Origin: Enoplolaimus lenunculus
Taxonomy: Eukaryota
NCBI GenBank assembly: GCA_030248215.1
Contig: JASANG010000932.1
Location: forward strand, 1-64,000
Length of the DNA: 64,000 bases
Reading direction: 5' to 3'
Positions within the stretch are counted from its first letter, which is position 1. Every line of letters starts with the position of its first letter. The notes under the pieces were generated by a model. That model had not been told where the DNA came from and did not search any database. It saw only the letters and a list, made by a program, of their open reading frames with translations. Below are positions 63,745-64,000 of this stretch, in pieces. The position numbers and the translations under genes were made by a program.

Positions 63745-64000
63745 GGTCCATGTATAGAACAGGGGCTTAGGCTTAGGCTTAGGAATAAGCTCATGCATAC
63801 GCTTAGGCTTAGGCTCAGGCTTAGGCTTATGCTTAGGCTTAGGAATAAGCTCATGCATACGCTTAGGCTTAGGCTTAAGCTTAGGATTAGGCTTAGGAAT
63901 AAGCTCATGCATACGCTTAGGCTTAGGCTTAGGCTGAGGCTTAAGAATAAGCTCATGCATACGCTTAGGCTTGGGCTTAGGCTTATGCTTAGGCTTAGGA
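63745..64000. mobile_element. TTAGGC-MITE with ~60-bp higher-order array, runs off the window
   Basis: Left TIR GGTCCATGTATAGAACAGGGG; GGAATAAGCTCATGCATACGC units. Confidence 0.8.

Noticed and set aside
63745..64000. TTAGGC array at the window end as a true telomere
   Set aside because: It begins with the MITE TIR and is interspersed with MITE internal sequence

Overview
AT-rich, intron-containing, repeat-dense animal DNA. TTAGGC repeats and frequent TTTCAG acceptors suggest a nematode-like host (inference only). Three protein-coding genes are supported. (1) A 10-exon + strand gene (387-14772, ~1491 aa) encodes signal peptide - ZP module - TM helix, then an unusually long (~1150 aa) low-complexity tail with Gly-Asn-His repeats and a ~165-codon polyQ tract. 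(2) A convergent 5-exon - strand SAPCD (suppressor APC domain)-like gene (21616-15364, ~755 aa). (3) An intronless 202-aa Tyr/Arg/Ser-rich orphan ORF (32202-32810) directly behind a TTTTCAG acceptor. The rest is a mosaic of non-autonomous elements. The dominant one is a GGCC-ended MITE family with 8-bp TSDs (Merlin-like, ~30 full or partial copies) carrying expandable telomere-type TTAGGC arrays. Also present are CACTG/2-bp-TSD, TA-TSD, 3-bp-TSD (PIF/Harbinger-like) and hAT-like MITEs, a Helentron/DINE-like element, tRNA-derived SINEs, and a tandem triple of a TTAA-flanked piggyBac-like element holding a tRNA-like cassette. No transposase ORF, and no supportable CDS after ~33 kb. All gene models were built by eye from splice phase, without transcript data.
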